A stretch of 64,000 nt of DNA from positions 186,001 to 250,000 of the forward strand of contig MCFH01000037.1 in assembly GCA_002104945.1 (NCBI GenBank). Direction: 5' to 3'. The stretch comes from Piromyces finnis finn (lineage: Eukaryota > Fungi > Neocallimastigomycota). The notes beneath the pieces are model-generated. The model did not search any database. It was not told the origin of the DNA and was given only the letters and a program-made list of their open reading frames with translations. Positions 42,956 to 57,400 of this stretch are shown piece by piece. How positions within the stretch are numbered: the first letter of the stretch is position 1; each line of letters begins with the position of its first letter. The position numbers were made by a program, and so were the translations under genes.

Positions 42956-43114
42956 AATAAATTAAATATATAAAAAATTATATTTATTGATTATATATAC
43001 TTTATTTTTAAAAGTAGTTCTTTATATTAATTAAGATATAAATGAAATAATATATGAGTATTTATTTAAAAATTATGTATTTAAAAATATAAAAATAAGA
43101 TTTCTCTTTCATTA

Positions 43115-45110
<1,996 letters not shown>

Positions 45111-45848
45111 ATCTTATTATTTTATTTATAGAAATCAAAAGTATAAATATAATAGATATTGATTTAAATTATTCTTATTTTTTATTTATTTTACTTTCAA
45201 AATTTTTAATGATAATAAAAGCATTATTGTAAAACAATAATCCCTTATTTTATTATTTTTAAATATCAAAGTGTTGCGAAGTAAATTTTTAATAAATTGT
45301 TAATTTATTAATAATAATAATATTATTAAATTTTCAAAATTTATTAGGAATTTTTTTTTAATAATAATAAAAAAAAACGACTAAAATATATATTTTTAAA
45401 TCTATAATAAATAATTTATTCTAATATATAAAAAGTGGAAAAATAAATTATAAAGCTAAATATAAAAAACATAATGAACAAAAAAAAAAAAAAAAAAAAA
45501 AAAAAATCAGCCGCTTAAATGGCAAATTTCATATCATATATTTCATATATGTTATATTTTATTATCTATTGATGTTTATTTCGAGTTAATAATATTATGA
45601 ATCTAATGGTAGAAGATAATAACTTATATTATTTCCATTGTTTATCTAAAAGTCATTTTATTTAACAGTTTAAATAATAAATTATAATAAATATTATTGT
45701 TGAGGAAATAAATTTTTTTTTCATATTGAAATTTGTTTATAAGAGCAAATAATAATTAATATATTTTTTAAAATATTATTTCTGAAAAACGATAATAAAG
45801 AAATTATGGTATAATTTGTTTTATTTTTATTATTATTCTATTAAATAA

Positions 45849-48800
45849 TTAGAATGAAATATCCAAGGTTTCTAAAAATACTGCATTTTTTCCTTTTTTG
45901 AGTTTTCTTTTTCTTTTTGTTTTGGATGGCTTTTGCATTTCTATTGGTTCTTTTTCTTCGCTATTCATATCTACATCATAATCAATTATTTCAATATCAT
46001 TGTTATTTTTATTTTCTTTTTTAATATTTTTCTTTATAGTTACCTATATTATTATTAACATTATTAAATAGTTGATAGAAATTAATGTTAAAAAAAATAA
46101 TTACTATTATTTTAAGAAATTAATATACATATTCTAATATATATATCTTTACATTGGGATCTGCTTTTATTTTTTTTTCCATTTTTAATTCTTCAATTTG
46201 TTTTTTAAGAATGTCTATTGTTTCTTCATACTTTCTTTTCTTCTCATTAAATTTATTTGTTATTTCTTCTTCAAATTGCTTAAATGATTGTTCATGATCT
46301 TTTTGAAGATGTATTATCTATTAAAAATGTTTTATATATATATATATTTATACTTAATATTTAAAAGCATAATTAATATATTTAACTTGCATATTAAATT
46401 ACATTATTTTCTAAATCATCTATCTTCTTTTGTTTGGTTTTAACTGATAATTCCATCGTATTAAGATTTTCTTTTAACATTTTTATCTTTGTTATATATA
46501 AATAAAAGTTAAAAATATTTTAATTAATTTTCATTAATTTTAATTCATATATATACTATAATTTATTATTTACTTTTTTATTTTCTAATTTATCAATTTG
46601 GCTTGATTTTAATATTAATTCCTAATATTTTTTATTTGATTTAATTAATATTTTAGTAATAATCTTATTGAAAAAAAAAGTTACTACCATAAATGTACAT
46701 ACCATTTTTTTAAGCTATATATATTAAAAAATATATATTAGTAATAATAGAATAGACATTTATAATATATATATATAGTTTGAAATGATACCTTTTCATT
46801 AATTTTTCTTTTATCATGCTTTATAGTTTTTTTCTAAATAATGGAAAAAATATTAATTATATTATTATTTTATTAAATATAAAATGATAAATAATTATTT
46901 TTGTATCTTGTTTTAATTATAAACTTACCTGCTCTTCAAAACTATTGATTTGTTTTTCTAAATTCTCAATCTGGATATAGTAATTTATATATTAGTATAT
47001 TGTTAAAACTATATATTTATAAAATATTAATCAAGATAATAAATATAAAATTATAATTTTACTTCTTGTCCTAGTGATTTTATAATTACTTCTTTAACTT
47101 TAAGTTTACTTATTAGTCTGTCATTATCCTGTAATAATTATATTATATTAATTAATAAATAACCAAAAGTATATTGAATATAATAAAATAACAAACTATA
47201 CCCTTTGTAATTGACTTAAGTCTTGAATATTTACTAGATTTTCAACAATAGCTTTATTACTCTATATATTTAATAATCTTTTAATTATATAAATAATATA
47301 TATATATATTTATTATTTATTTACTTTAATACCTCTTTGATCGAATCAAGTGATTGATATTCTTGTATTTGACCTTCATATATATAACAAAGTTTTATTT
47401 AAACATAAAAATAAATAAATAAATTTTTATTTTCATTTTTCGATTATATAATAATATATATAATTACTCATTTGATTTTCAATGTTCTTCATCATTTCAT
47501 TTCTGATAATAAACTCTCTCTATAAATTTTTTATATGGTTAACGAATATAAATATGAAAAAAAAGTTTTATATAAAATATTTAACTTACTTGTTGTCTAT
47601 AAACTTCAGATTCAACTAATAATGATTTTAACTTATTAATATGTTCTTCAAATGAATCCACTAGTTGACAAACTTCACTCTCAGTTAATACACTTTCAAC
47701 AACTTCATCATTTTTTTTATTATCAAAGATATCCTTTTTATGAGTTTCTATTTTAATACTACCATCTCCTAATAATTTAGAAGTTCTACCAATAATTTTT
47801 TTCATACTGTTTGAGAGAGGTGTTGATATGATAATTTGTGATGTATTTGGATTAGGTGTTTGAGGTGGATTTTGATTTTGTTGACTATCTAAATTATTTT
47901 GAGATTGACTTTGATTATAACCATAGTTTTGGTTTTGAATAGAATTTTGACATATATTTAAATTTATTGATTTATCATTTTTGTTATTTACTATAGTTTT
48001 CTTTTTGGTTTGTGATTTTGGTAAAACAACTCTTGGTCGTTTAATTGTTTGTAATCCCGAGTCAACTCTAGCTGAAATAGGTGCAACTTCTTTTATTGTT
48101 GCTGAAAATCGTAATACTGTCAACGTTTCATCATAAAATTCAGGTAATGGGTTAATATTAATAATGGTTGAAACATGGCCATTTGTTAATGATGGTCTTA
48201 ATAAAGAGGTTAATTTACTGTCATTAAACGGTGGTAATTCATGTTGTGTACCCTTTTGTATATTTCTTAAGCTATCGAATACTCGAGATAATACCATAAT
48301 TGATTTATTTATAGAACCAGCTTCTTTTAATTGCTTTTGCTTACTTTGGGTATGATTAGCTCTTTCAGAACCAGCTAAATCAACAATTGTGAATCGGGAA
48401 ACAAATACATCATTTTCTTCTTCATTTTGGCATAATAAACGTACTGTAAATATCGAGTGAGAACGACTACTTGATTGATTTAGTCTAATTATTAAATTAT
48501 TATTATTATTGTTATTATTACTATTAAATTTATCACCTTTGATGCATTTTTTTTTAAGAAAAAAACTATATATTTTTAAAATGAAATCATATTAAACTAC
48601 CTTGTGGAAAATTTTCGTCTATTTAGTTTTCCTTGTTTTAATATATTGTCACAATCCTTTATTTTTTTAAAAAATCAAAAAGGTTTTATTTATATTACTA
48701 TATTTTGATATACATAATAATAATATATAAATAATAATATAATATTACTTCATAACTATTAATTGGGACATTTTTTAAATCCTTTACATAATTATTTTTA

Positions 48801-50893
48801 TTTTGATCAATTTTTAAACTAAGACTTCTTTTTTCTCCACTACTTATCAAATCATATATTTGTTCACTTATGTTATAGTTATAATATATTATTACATATT
48901 ATACATATTGTATTGTTAATATTCGCTAATGATTTCAATTATTTCATATTATACATACTTGTAAATCTCATAATATGATGCCCATAGTCCATAGCTATAT
49001 TTAGGATCAACTTTTATAATATCTTATATATAGTATATATATTTTAATAATATATAATATATATTATAAATAATTATTTTCAATAATAATATAGAATTTT
49101 ATACATATGGACATTTAAAATTTAGTAATGAGATTTATATTTTTTTGTATATTGTTACCATTGACTTTTATATAAGGATTTGAATTTTCATCTTTTGAAA
49201 TAAGATATGGAGAATCCTCATTTGGTATTGACTCATCTTCTTTAAATTCGTCATATCTTAGTGGTATTAGATTTAACTTTGTATTATAAATAAATGAAGA
49301 ACAAAATATTTTCTATTGTTATTCGATATTAACTAAATATTTGTATAAAGAAATATATTGCTTATACCTTTTTTACACCTGATTCCTAAAATAATGCATA
49401 TTAAGAATAAAATTTAATATAATAACAATATATATATTATATGTTTAATAAAAATTACTTTTAATGAGTTTATAATAGTAGCTAAAATATTTCTTAATAA
49501 ACCAGGTGATTCTTCTTTTCCTTCCACTACAATATGATATAACAATATAAAAATTAATATTAATTAATTTTTTTATAATTTATATAATAAGAACAATAAA
49601 AATTAAAATAAAATAAACGTTGTAAAATACCTGTATATGTTTTCCCACTACTTGTAACACCAGTTGCAAATATTAAACAATTGATTTTATTTATTAGAAA
49701 ATTTTTAATCTTTTTATAATTATATTGATAAGGAAGTGAAATTAATTTTTAAAGTAATATTCATTTTAAAATTAAACAACATATAAAAGGAAATAATAAT
49801 GAGTAAATAAATAAAAATTGTTTTAAATTATAGCAACTTTTTAATACAAATTATTAATAATTAAATAAAATAAGTAATAATTTTAAAATCATAATAAATT
49901 AAAATAATTATATGAATTTTAATTAAGAAGAAAAAAATTTTCAAAGAACAATTATAAAAAAATATGTAAATACCATAGGAAGAGCAATATTTTCATAAAT
50001 TTGCTCCTGAGTTGCATTTTGTGAGAATACTTTCTGAAATATATACTGTTCAGGTCCTTGTTTTCCATTTTTATATGCATTTGAATCCTAAATTTAAATT
50101 TAAATTTTATAATTTTTTATTAAAATTTATGTGTGAATATTTTGAAAAACACTATATAAATGTATGGATATATATTAACCTCTGGTGCAAGAATTTCTAT
50201 TTCTTTTTCATTTAATATTTTACAATATGATTTGTCTGAATCTTCTATGGGTCTAATTCTTAAATATGTCTATTATAATAAAATGTGATAGAGATAGAGT
50301 ATTTTTTATTAAAAAAATTAGAACATTTAATGATTAATTGAAACCAGCATTATTCAATACTTTAATAAGTTCTTCGGGATTTATATTTTGGGCTTGCTTT
50401 TTCTTTGGTGTTTTTATAGTATTATATATTGAATTCTTGAAATTAGAAAATGACAATCGTTTTTGCTGATTTTTAGCTTTTCTATATATATAATATTATT
50501 ATATTTTTGATAATTTGAGAAAAAGAAAAAGAAAAGAAAATGTTTTAAATATCATATATGAAATATTACTTTATTATATTATACTGATTATTGATATTTA
50601 TATAAATTTAATTATAAAATAAAGTTAAAAAAAAAAAAAAAATAAAGGATTATTACTTTTGAGGTGGTGTGTTTGACCTATTTTTATTATTAAGTGAAAT
50701 GAAATAATTCATTATTGAATATATCAAAGTAGCAGATATATAAGAATGTCATTTTAAATTATTTAAGATTGTTAAAACATAATATTTTAAAATTTGAAAT
50801 TATGAAATTTCTTTTATAATTGTTTTTAAAATTTAAAAAATGAAAAAGTAAATTATTTTCTATTGGTAAATGTTATAATTACCGAAGCATCAT
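45849..50893 (-). CDS. Kinesin-6 family motor (KIF20/KIF23/Klp9-like) with coiled-coil tail, more than 20 small exons
   Basis: Motifs: TYLRIRP, P-loop ATGVTSSGKTYT, a long loop-6 insert before YGLWASYYEIYN|EQIYDL, switch I LNQSSSRSHSIF, switch II DLAGSER, EAGSINKS, FNDSKLT. The GVTxSGKT loop and the L6 insert indicate kinesin-6. Both ends are uncertain: an alternative last exon lies near 45598-45648, and the first exon may extend further upstream. Confidence 0.82.
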
Positions 50894-51615
50894 CTTGAAT
50901 TAATAATTTTATTATGATAAATATTGTTTTTTAAAATGATTTTACTATTTTATTATAAATGTCTATTTATAATTAGCATTATAGAGTAGTTTTTGTTATT
51001 TCTTTTATAGTTAATTATTTAATATATAATATATATTAAATTATAATTTTTAATAATGGGATCATCTAGGGCCAAATTCTCAAAAAAGTTAAAAAAAAAA
51101 AAAATAAATAAAAATACAGAAAATAATTATGTATTAAATTGTGTACATTATGTTTTTAAAAATAAAAATTACTACTTAAAAAAAAACAATACATCTCTTT
51201 TTAGTTTTGATAATAAAAGTATACATATAATGTATCTTAATTTTATACTACTTGTTATAAAAAAAATCTATTAATAATTTTAAAAAATAATTTTAATATT
51301 ATTGTTTATACATATTTTTTTTTATTATATTATATAATAAAATAAACATTATTAAATTGCTATAAATAAACATGAATATTATTACTTTTTATTATAAAAA
51401 ATTAAATATATTATAAAAAGAATCTTTTAACTTAATTTTATTTAAAAACAAATTAATTTAAATTCTTTTCATTTAATAAATTAGTCGTAGCATTAGCAAT
51501 GTTATTAATATAAATTATCATTAGTATTAACTGGCATATAATTAGTGTTTAGTATATTAGATGTTGATGCTAAAAAATTAATAGAATTAAAAATGTTCGA
51601 TGCATCAGGAAATAT

Positions 51616-52159
51616 TTATTGTGAAATATTGACGTCATTGTAATTATTTTCTCTATTGAAATATTCACAAAAATTAAAATAATTATTATTATTAAGATTG
51701 CTAAAAGTATTTTCGTTATTACTTTTGTTTCTATTATTATATTTATTATTATTATTATTAATTGAGTTAAAATTATAATTGTCATTATTGTCATTATTGT
51801 CACTGTTACTGTTTCTAAAAAATAAATTTTGATTACTTAATTTCAAATTCTTTGAAATATTGTGTTTTATTAATACATTAAAATAAAAACACCATGAAAA
51901 GGTTGGCCAATACTTTATTATATCTTCTTGAGATTTAAATATATTAAAATTTTTTTTACTAAATTCATCAAATAGATTATTTATTTCTTCTTTTTGTTCA
52001 TTTGTAGCATTTTTTGGTATAAAATTATTAAGTGGATTAGTTGATGTATTTCCATTTAAATCTAAACTGGAGATTGATTTCATTTGATAAAAGTTATTTT
52101 TTTGATTAAATTTATTTGGAAACAATGGATTTTGTATATTATTAGAAAAATTATTATTA

Positions 52160-52196
<37 letters not shown>

Positions 52197-53529
52197 GGAA
52201 AGAAGTTGATGGATTATTCATAAGATTATATGAAGGAAAATAATAATTATTAATGCCGTTTGTATCGCAATAGTTATATATATTATTAACGTTATTATCA
52301 ATATAATTATTATTTCTATTAACATTAGTTACATCATTATTTAAATCTCTATTATTATAATTATTAGTATTATCTATTATACTAAGTGGTGTAAAACAAG
52401 AAGAGACTAAATTAGTAGTATTTAAATAGTTTAAATTATTCTGAATTATCTTATTTTGATTACAATGTGTATTTATAACTTCTTTCCTTTTCGGAATATC
52501 ATCTATATAACTATAGTGATATAAGTCTATTTTGAACTCAAACATATTTTTAAAATATATTTCATTGTTATTCACTCTTATTCTATGCTTATTTTTATCA
52601 CATAGAGATTTATAATAATAATATAAAGCTTTTTTATTTTTTAATTTTGCTATAAATGATTTATCTTTTATTTTTAAAAATTGTTTATATGAAATAGTTG
52701 AAAATGGCAAACTTATTTCAATTTTACAATTTTCAGGATCAATAACTATGATATTATATATAATGAATCCACTTTTTATCCCAGGTGTATTACATTCTAT
52801 TGAAATATCTATTTTATTATTAAGTTCATACTCTCCTAAGTATTTAATTTCCAGATCTTCTAAAATATTTGTGTTTTTTTTAATTTTACTAGCACATTTT
52901 TTTAATGTTATGTCATTTCTAGTAAAATTTTTTGATTTTGTTAAGTACACTTTCGATTTATTTTTTAACATTAATTTTAAACTAATATTAATATATCTTG
53001 GTTTCCTTTTTAATATTTTCGAGGTACTATCTTTATCGTCTTCCATATTAACCGTATTATCTGTACCTGTACTCGTATTTTCATCATCAGTATAAATTTC
53101 ATTACTTTCACTATTGCTATTATTAATAGTTTTATTATAGCTTTTCTTTTTTGTTGATTGGTAATATAATAATCTTTTGATATCGTATGGATTTTTATCT
53201 TCATTTATTGTTAATTCATCTTGTTTTAAGAGCTCCTGAAATATATTTTTTAGAAATGGTAAATGATTATATGTGGGCTTAAAAAAATTTTTACAGTTAT
53301 ATGTGCAGCTTACTTCAGAATCCTTGGTTTTTGAGTAGTTTAAATAATAATTAATGTATTTTTTTCGGATTAAATTAATATAAAATGTTTCTTCTTCTTC
53401 TTTATTATTGAATATATTAGTTTCATTATCTATTATTGTATGAGAATTAATAGAATCAGGGACAATCGGAAATTCATTATAAAAAGAATTTCTAGGATCA
53501 TATGAATAATTATTTTTACTTTCATTCAT
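51616..53529 (-). CDS. Hypothetical 637-aa Asn-rich protein, apparently intronless
   Basis: A 1.9-kb open frame is very unlikely by chance at this AT content. It has an ATG start and non-repetitive globular-looking central segments. I recognise no family. Confidence 0.7.
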
Positions 53530-54255
53530 TTTTCTTTATTCATAAAAGTTTTTATTTTTGTGTAATAGAAAAGATGGATATAATTTCTATATAAAAGTTT
53601 TTTTTTTATTTATCAATTTATTTTATATATATATATGTTTTGGAATTATAAGCTAAATGTGTTTCAATGTTTTTTTTTTTTAAATAAGAGAAAACAAATA
53701 TTTTTTTATTATTTTATTGCTTAAAACAATATAACTGGTTAATAATATTTTAAGGTCATAAATATAAAAAATTAAGACAAATATAAAAAAAAATAACTTT
53801 ATTTTATATTAAGATGTGGATAAATAATTAAAGTATTAATAATTAAATGGATTATTAAATTATAAATTTCAAAGATGTATATAAAAACATTTATATTAGA
53901 TATAATAATAGTTATTAATTACTAAATAAATATTAAATAATATAGTGTTAGTTATGAATTACAAAAAAAAAAAAAAAAAAAATAAATATTAAATGACCAA
54001 AATCTATATATTTATTTTATTACTTTTAAAACTTATAAAAATTAATAATAATTAAAATTATAATTTAAATTGTACCACCTATTATATGAATTAATAATTT
54101 CTGTAAAATTTAAAATTAATTATTAATTTATTTAATCTGTAAATTAAAAATAAATTAAAAATTATTACGGACAGATTCATTATTTATATATTATTAACAT
54201 TGATTTTTATTTTACCTTTTTTTTTTAATAAAAATAAAAATATATTATATAATTA

Positions 54256-54286
<31 letters not shown>

Positions 54287-54431
54287 TTTATTATTTTATA
54301 TTCAATAGATAGATAGATAGATAGATTTTTTATTATGAAAGTTACAATATAACCTTCATACTTTTATATTTAAAATTTTATTATTATAATTGAATGATTT
54401 GTACTATTTTATTTTATTATTATTTATTTTA

Positions 54432-57400
54432 TTAAAAATTAAAATCAAAAGTAAATTCAGGCATTTCAAATTTACTTCCATTATTATCTTCTTTCTTTGT
54501 GTTTTCAGTATTTGTTATTCCTGTATTGTTGTCTTCAATTTTTGATTCCTGATTTTGTTTATTTTCGTTATCGTTATTTTTATTTTCATGTTGATGTTCT
54601 ATATTAAAGTTAAGATCTTTCATAATATTATTGAAGTATTGTTCAGACTCGCTGATATGAGATTGTTTATTGGTTTCATTTTTAGTCTCATTAATATCAC
54701 TTATAAATGACTTAGAAGTTATTATTTCTATGTTTTCATCTCTTGGCATTTCATTAAGTGGCTTCTTCAAAGAATTTATTACTTTTTCAAAATATTGATT
54801 TGTTTCTTCTTCAAGACTTTTTCTATTATTAAATGATTCTTTTGATTTGCAATATCTATTATTACTTCTACTTCTACTTCTACTTCTATATTTTATGCTA
54901 TCACTATCTCTTTCTCTGTTTCTGTCTCTATCTCTGTTTCTGTCTCTGTCTCTATCTCTATCTCTATCTCTATCTCTATCTCTATCTCTATCTCTATCTC
55001 TATCTCTATCTCTATCTCTATCTCTATCTCTATCTCTATCTCTATCTCTATCTCTATCTCTATCTCTATCTCTATCTCTATCTCTATCTCTATCTCTATC
55101 TCTATCTCTATCTCTATCTCTATCTCTATCTCTATCTCTATCTCTGTCTCTGTCTCTGTCTCTGTCCCTTGGTCTATAACTATCATATTTACCTCTTTTT
55201 CTATATTTTTCTTCTTCATTATACTTCATTCTGTTTCTACTACTTCCTATATAATCACGTCTATCTCTATAATATCTATCCTTATATCTGTCACTTTCTT
55301 TATATTTGAATGATTTATTTATATAATTATCATTGTAGGCATATTTTGAATCAACTTTTATTTCAGTTTTCGGTTTACTTAATTCATAATCTTTATTTAT
55401 TGTACTTATATCTTTGTTTCTACCTGAGAATGGAAATTGCATTTTTATCTTTTTATTTTTATTGCCTATATTATCAATATTTTCACTAATTTCTCCTTTT
55501 TCAACTTTATAGGGTCTAGCGTTTTTTATTCTTAATTCTGAATTATTTTGACCATTATTAAATAAATTATTTTTATTATCTTTATTATTATCATTGCTGT
55601 CATTGTTATTGTTTATTATTTCATTAGAAACGTTGTTATTATCAATTATTTCAAATGACGATTTTGGTGAGAATTCAAAATCATGAATGGAAAATTGACC
55701 TGGAATTGGATTTGAAGAAGACGCTTGTGATAATTTCTCATCACTTAAAAATTCAGTGATTGTATATCTATTACTATTATCATTATTTATTCTATTGTTA
55801 TCATTATTATTATTTATTATTTCATTAGAAACGTTGTTATTATCAATTATTTCAAATGGCGATTTTGGTGAGAGTTCAAAATCATGAATGGAAAATTGAC
55901 CTGGAGTTGGATTTGAAGAAGATGCTTGTGATAATTTTTCATTACTTAAAAATTCAGTGATATGATATCTAATATGTGGAGAATATGAATATTTGGAATT
56001 ATCTTGTTTTAATAATTCATTAATTTTATCAATATTATCTGTCATTAGATTTTTACCTTTGTCTTTTTTGTTTATTAAATTTTCAAATTCTTCTAGATTA
56101 TCCATTGTTATGCCTTTACCTTTCTTTTTATCAAAAATACTTAATTCTGATGATTCATCTTCGTAGGCATTTTTACCTTTTCTCTTTTTTTTATTTTTTA
56201 TATTATCATTTTTAATTTCTTTTTTATAGCTTGATTTTGTATTTAAGTACGAACTTGATGAAGTCTCTTTTTTTAAGGATTTTGGTTCTTTTTTTGGTTC
56301 TTTTTTAATACCTTTTAGATCTGCCATAAGTTCTCCATCATCAGAACTACAATCACTAGCAAATTCCAAATTAGAAACTTTTATTTTTAATGCATGTTCA
56401 CTCTCAAGTTCTTTCATGTATTCATTTAATTTATCATAATCTTCATGAACTACTGGACTACTGGGAATATCATTTAATTCATCATCTGTTTCATTTGAAT
56501 TAGAATTATTATCCAATTCTGAATCTGATAAAATATCATCTTCTAAATCTTCATTTTCTTTTATAAATCTTCTTATATTATCATAGTATGGATAAATATT
56601 TTTTGGTACAACTTTATTATATGGAGGATAATTTGTGTCTTTGTAGTCAACATATAATTTTCTTTCTTTTGCATTTCTAATTAAGTAATACCAAAAGTCC
56701 ATTTCTTCAAGTGATCTTGAATTTCCAACAATAACCAATGAATTTATTGCTTTCATTAATATTTGACTAATAATAAAAACATTTTGAAGTCTATTTTTAA
56801 TTTCAAACTTTGTGAGTGTACATGTAAAAATAATAATTTCAATTTCATTACATTTAAATTCATTTAGAGTCGTAATTTCAATATAATTTAAAACTTCTAT
56901 ACCATAATTTTCACTAAATTTATTTTTTAACATTTTTACTTGTCCTATGTATGGTGATAAAATAGCTATTTTATTCATAAAGAAACGATCTGGGTTATTA
57001 TTCAATAGTTGATGAACAATATTAAAAACAGCATCAACTTCATAACTATTATATAAAGACTTTGAAATAAAATTATCATATCCATCAACATTATAAAAAT
57101 GATAGTTATGGAATAATTTATAAGGATAAAAAGATATTTCCTTTTTTTTCTTCTTTGAAATTAATTGCGCTCTTTTAGAAATATCATTTGAAATAGAACT
57201 AGAACTAGAATTATTATTATATAAATCTGAATTATTATCCTCTAAAGCATTTATTACTTTTTTGTTATAAAGAGATGAGTTAAAAAAGGAAACAATTTCT
57301 TTATTCGAACGATATTGTTTTACTAATTGGCATATAACACTTGTACTGCATCTTATTGCACGATTGAAAAACGTGCTTTCATTAATAATTTCTATTAATG

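Noticed and set aside
48200-48250. Kinesin L12/alpha5 motif reads PFNDSKLT instead of P(Y/F)RDSKLT
   Set aside because: It is a single substitution while the P-loop and both switch motifs are intact, which is insufficient to claim altered function.
53526-53543. Five-codon upstream ORF (MNKEK*) whose TGA overlaps the orphan gene's ATG
   Set aside because: ATG and TGA words are very frequent at this base composition, so this is expected by chance.
54833-55309. Poly-(LY), poly-(LS) and poly-(IE) ORFs
   Set aside because: They are alternative frames or the antisense of the RD hexamer repeat; only the RD frame is continuous with a long ORF.
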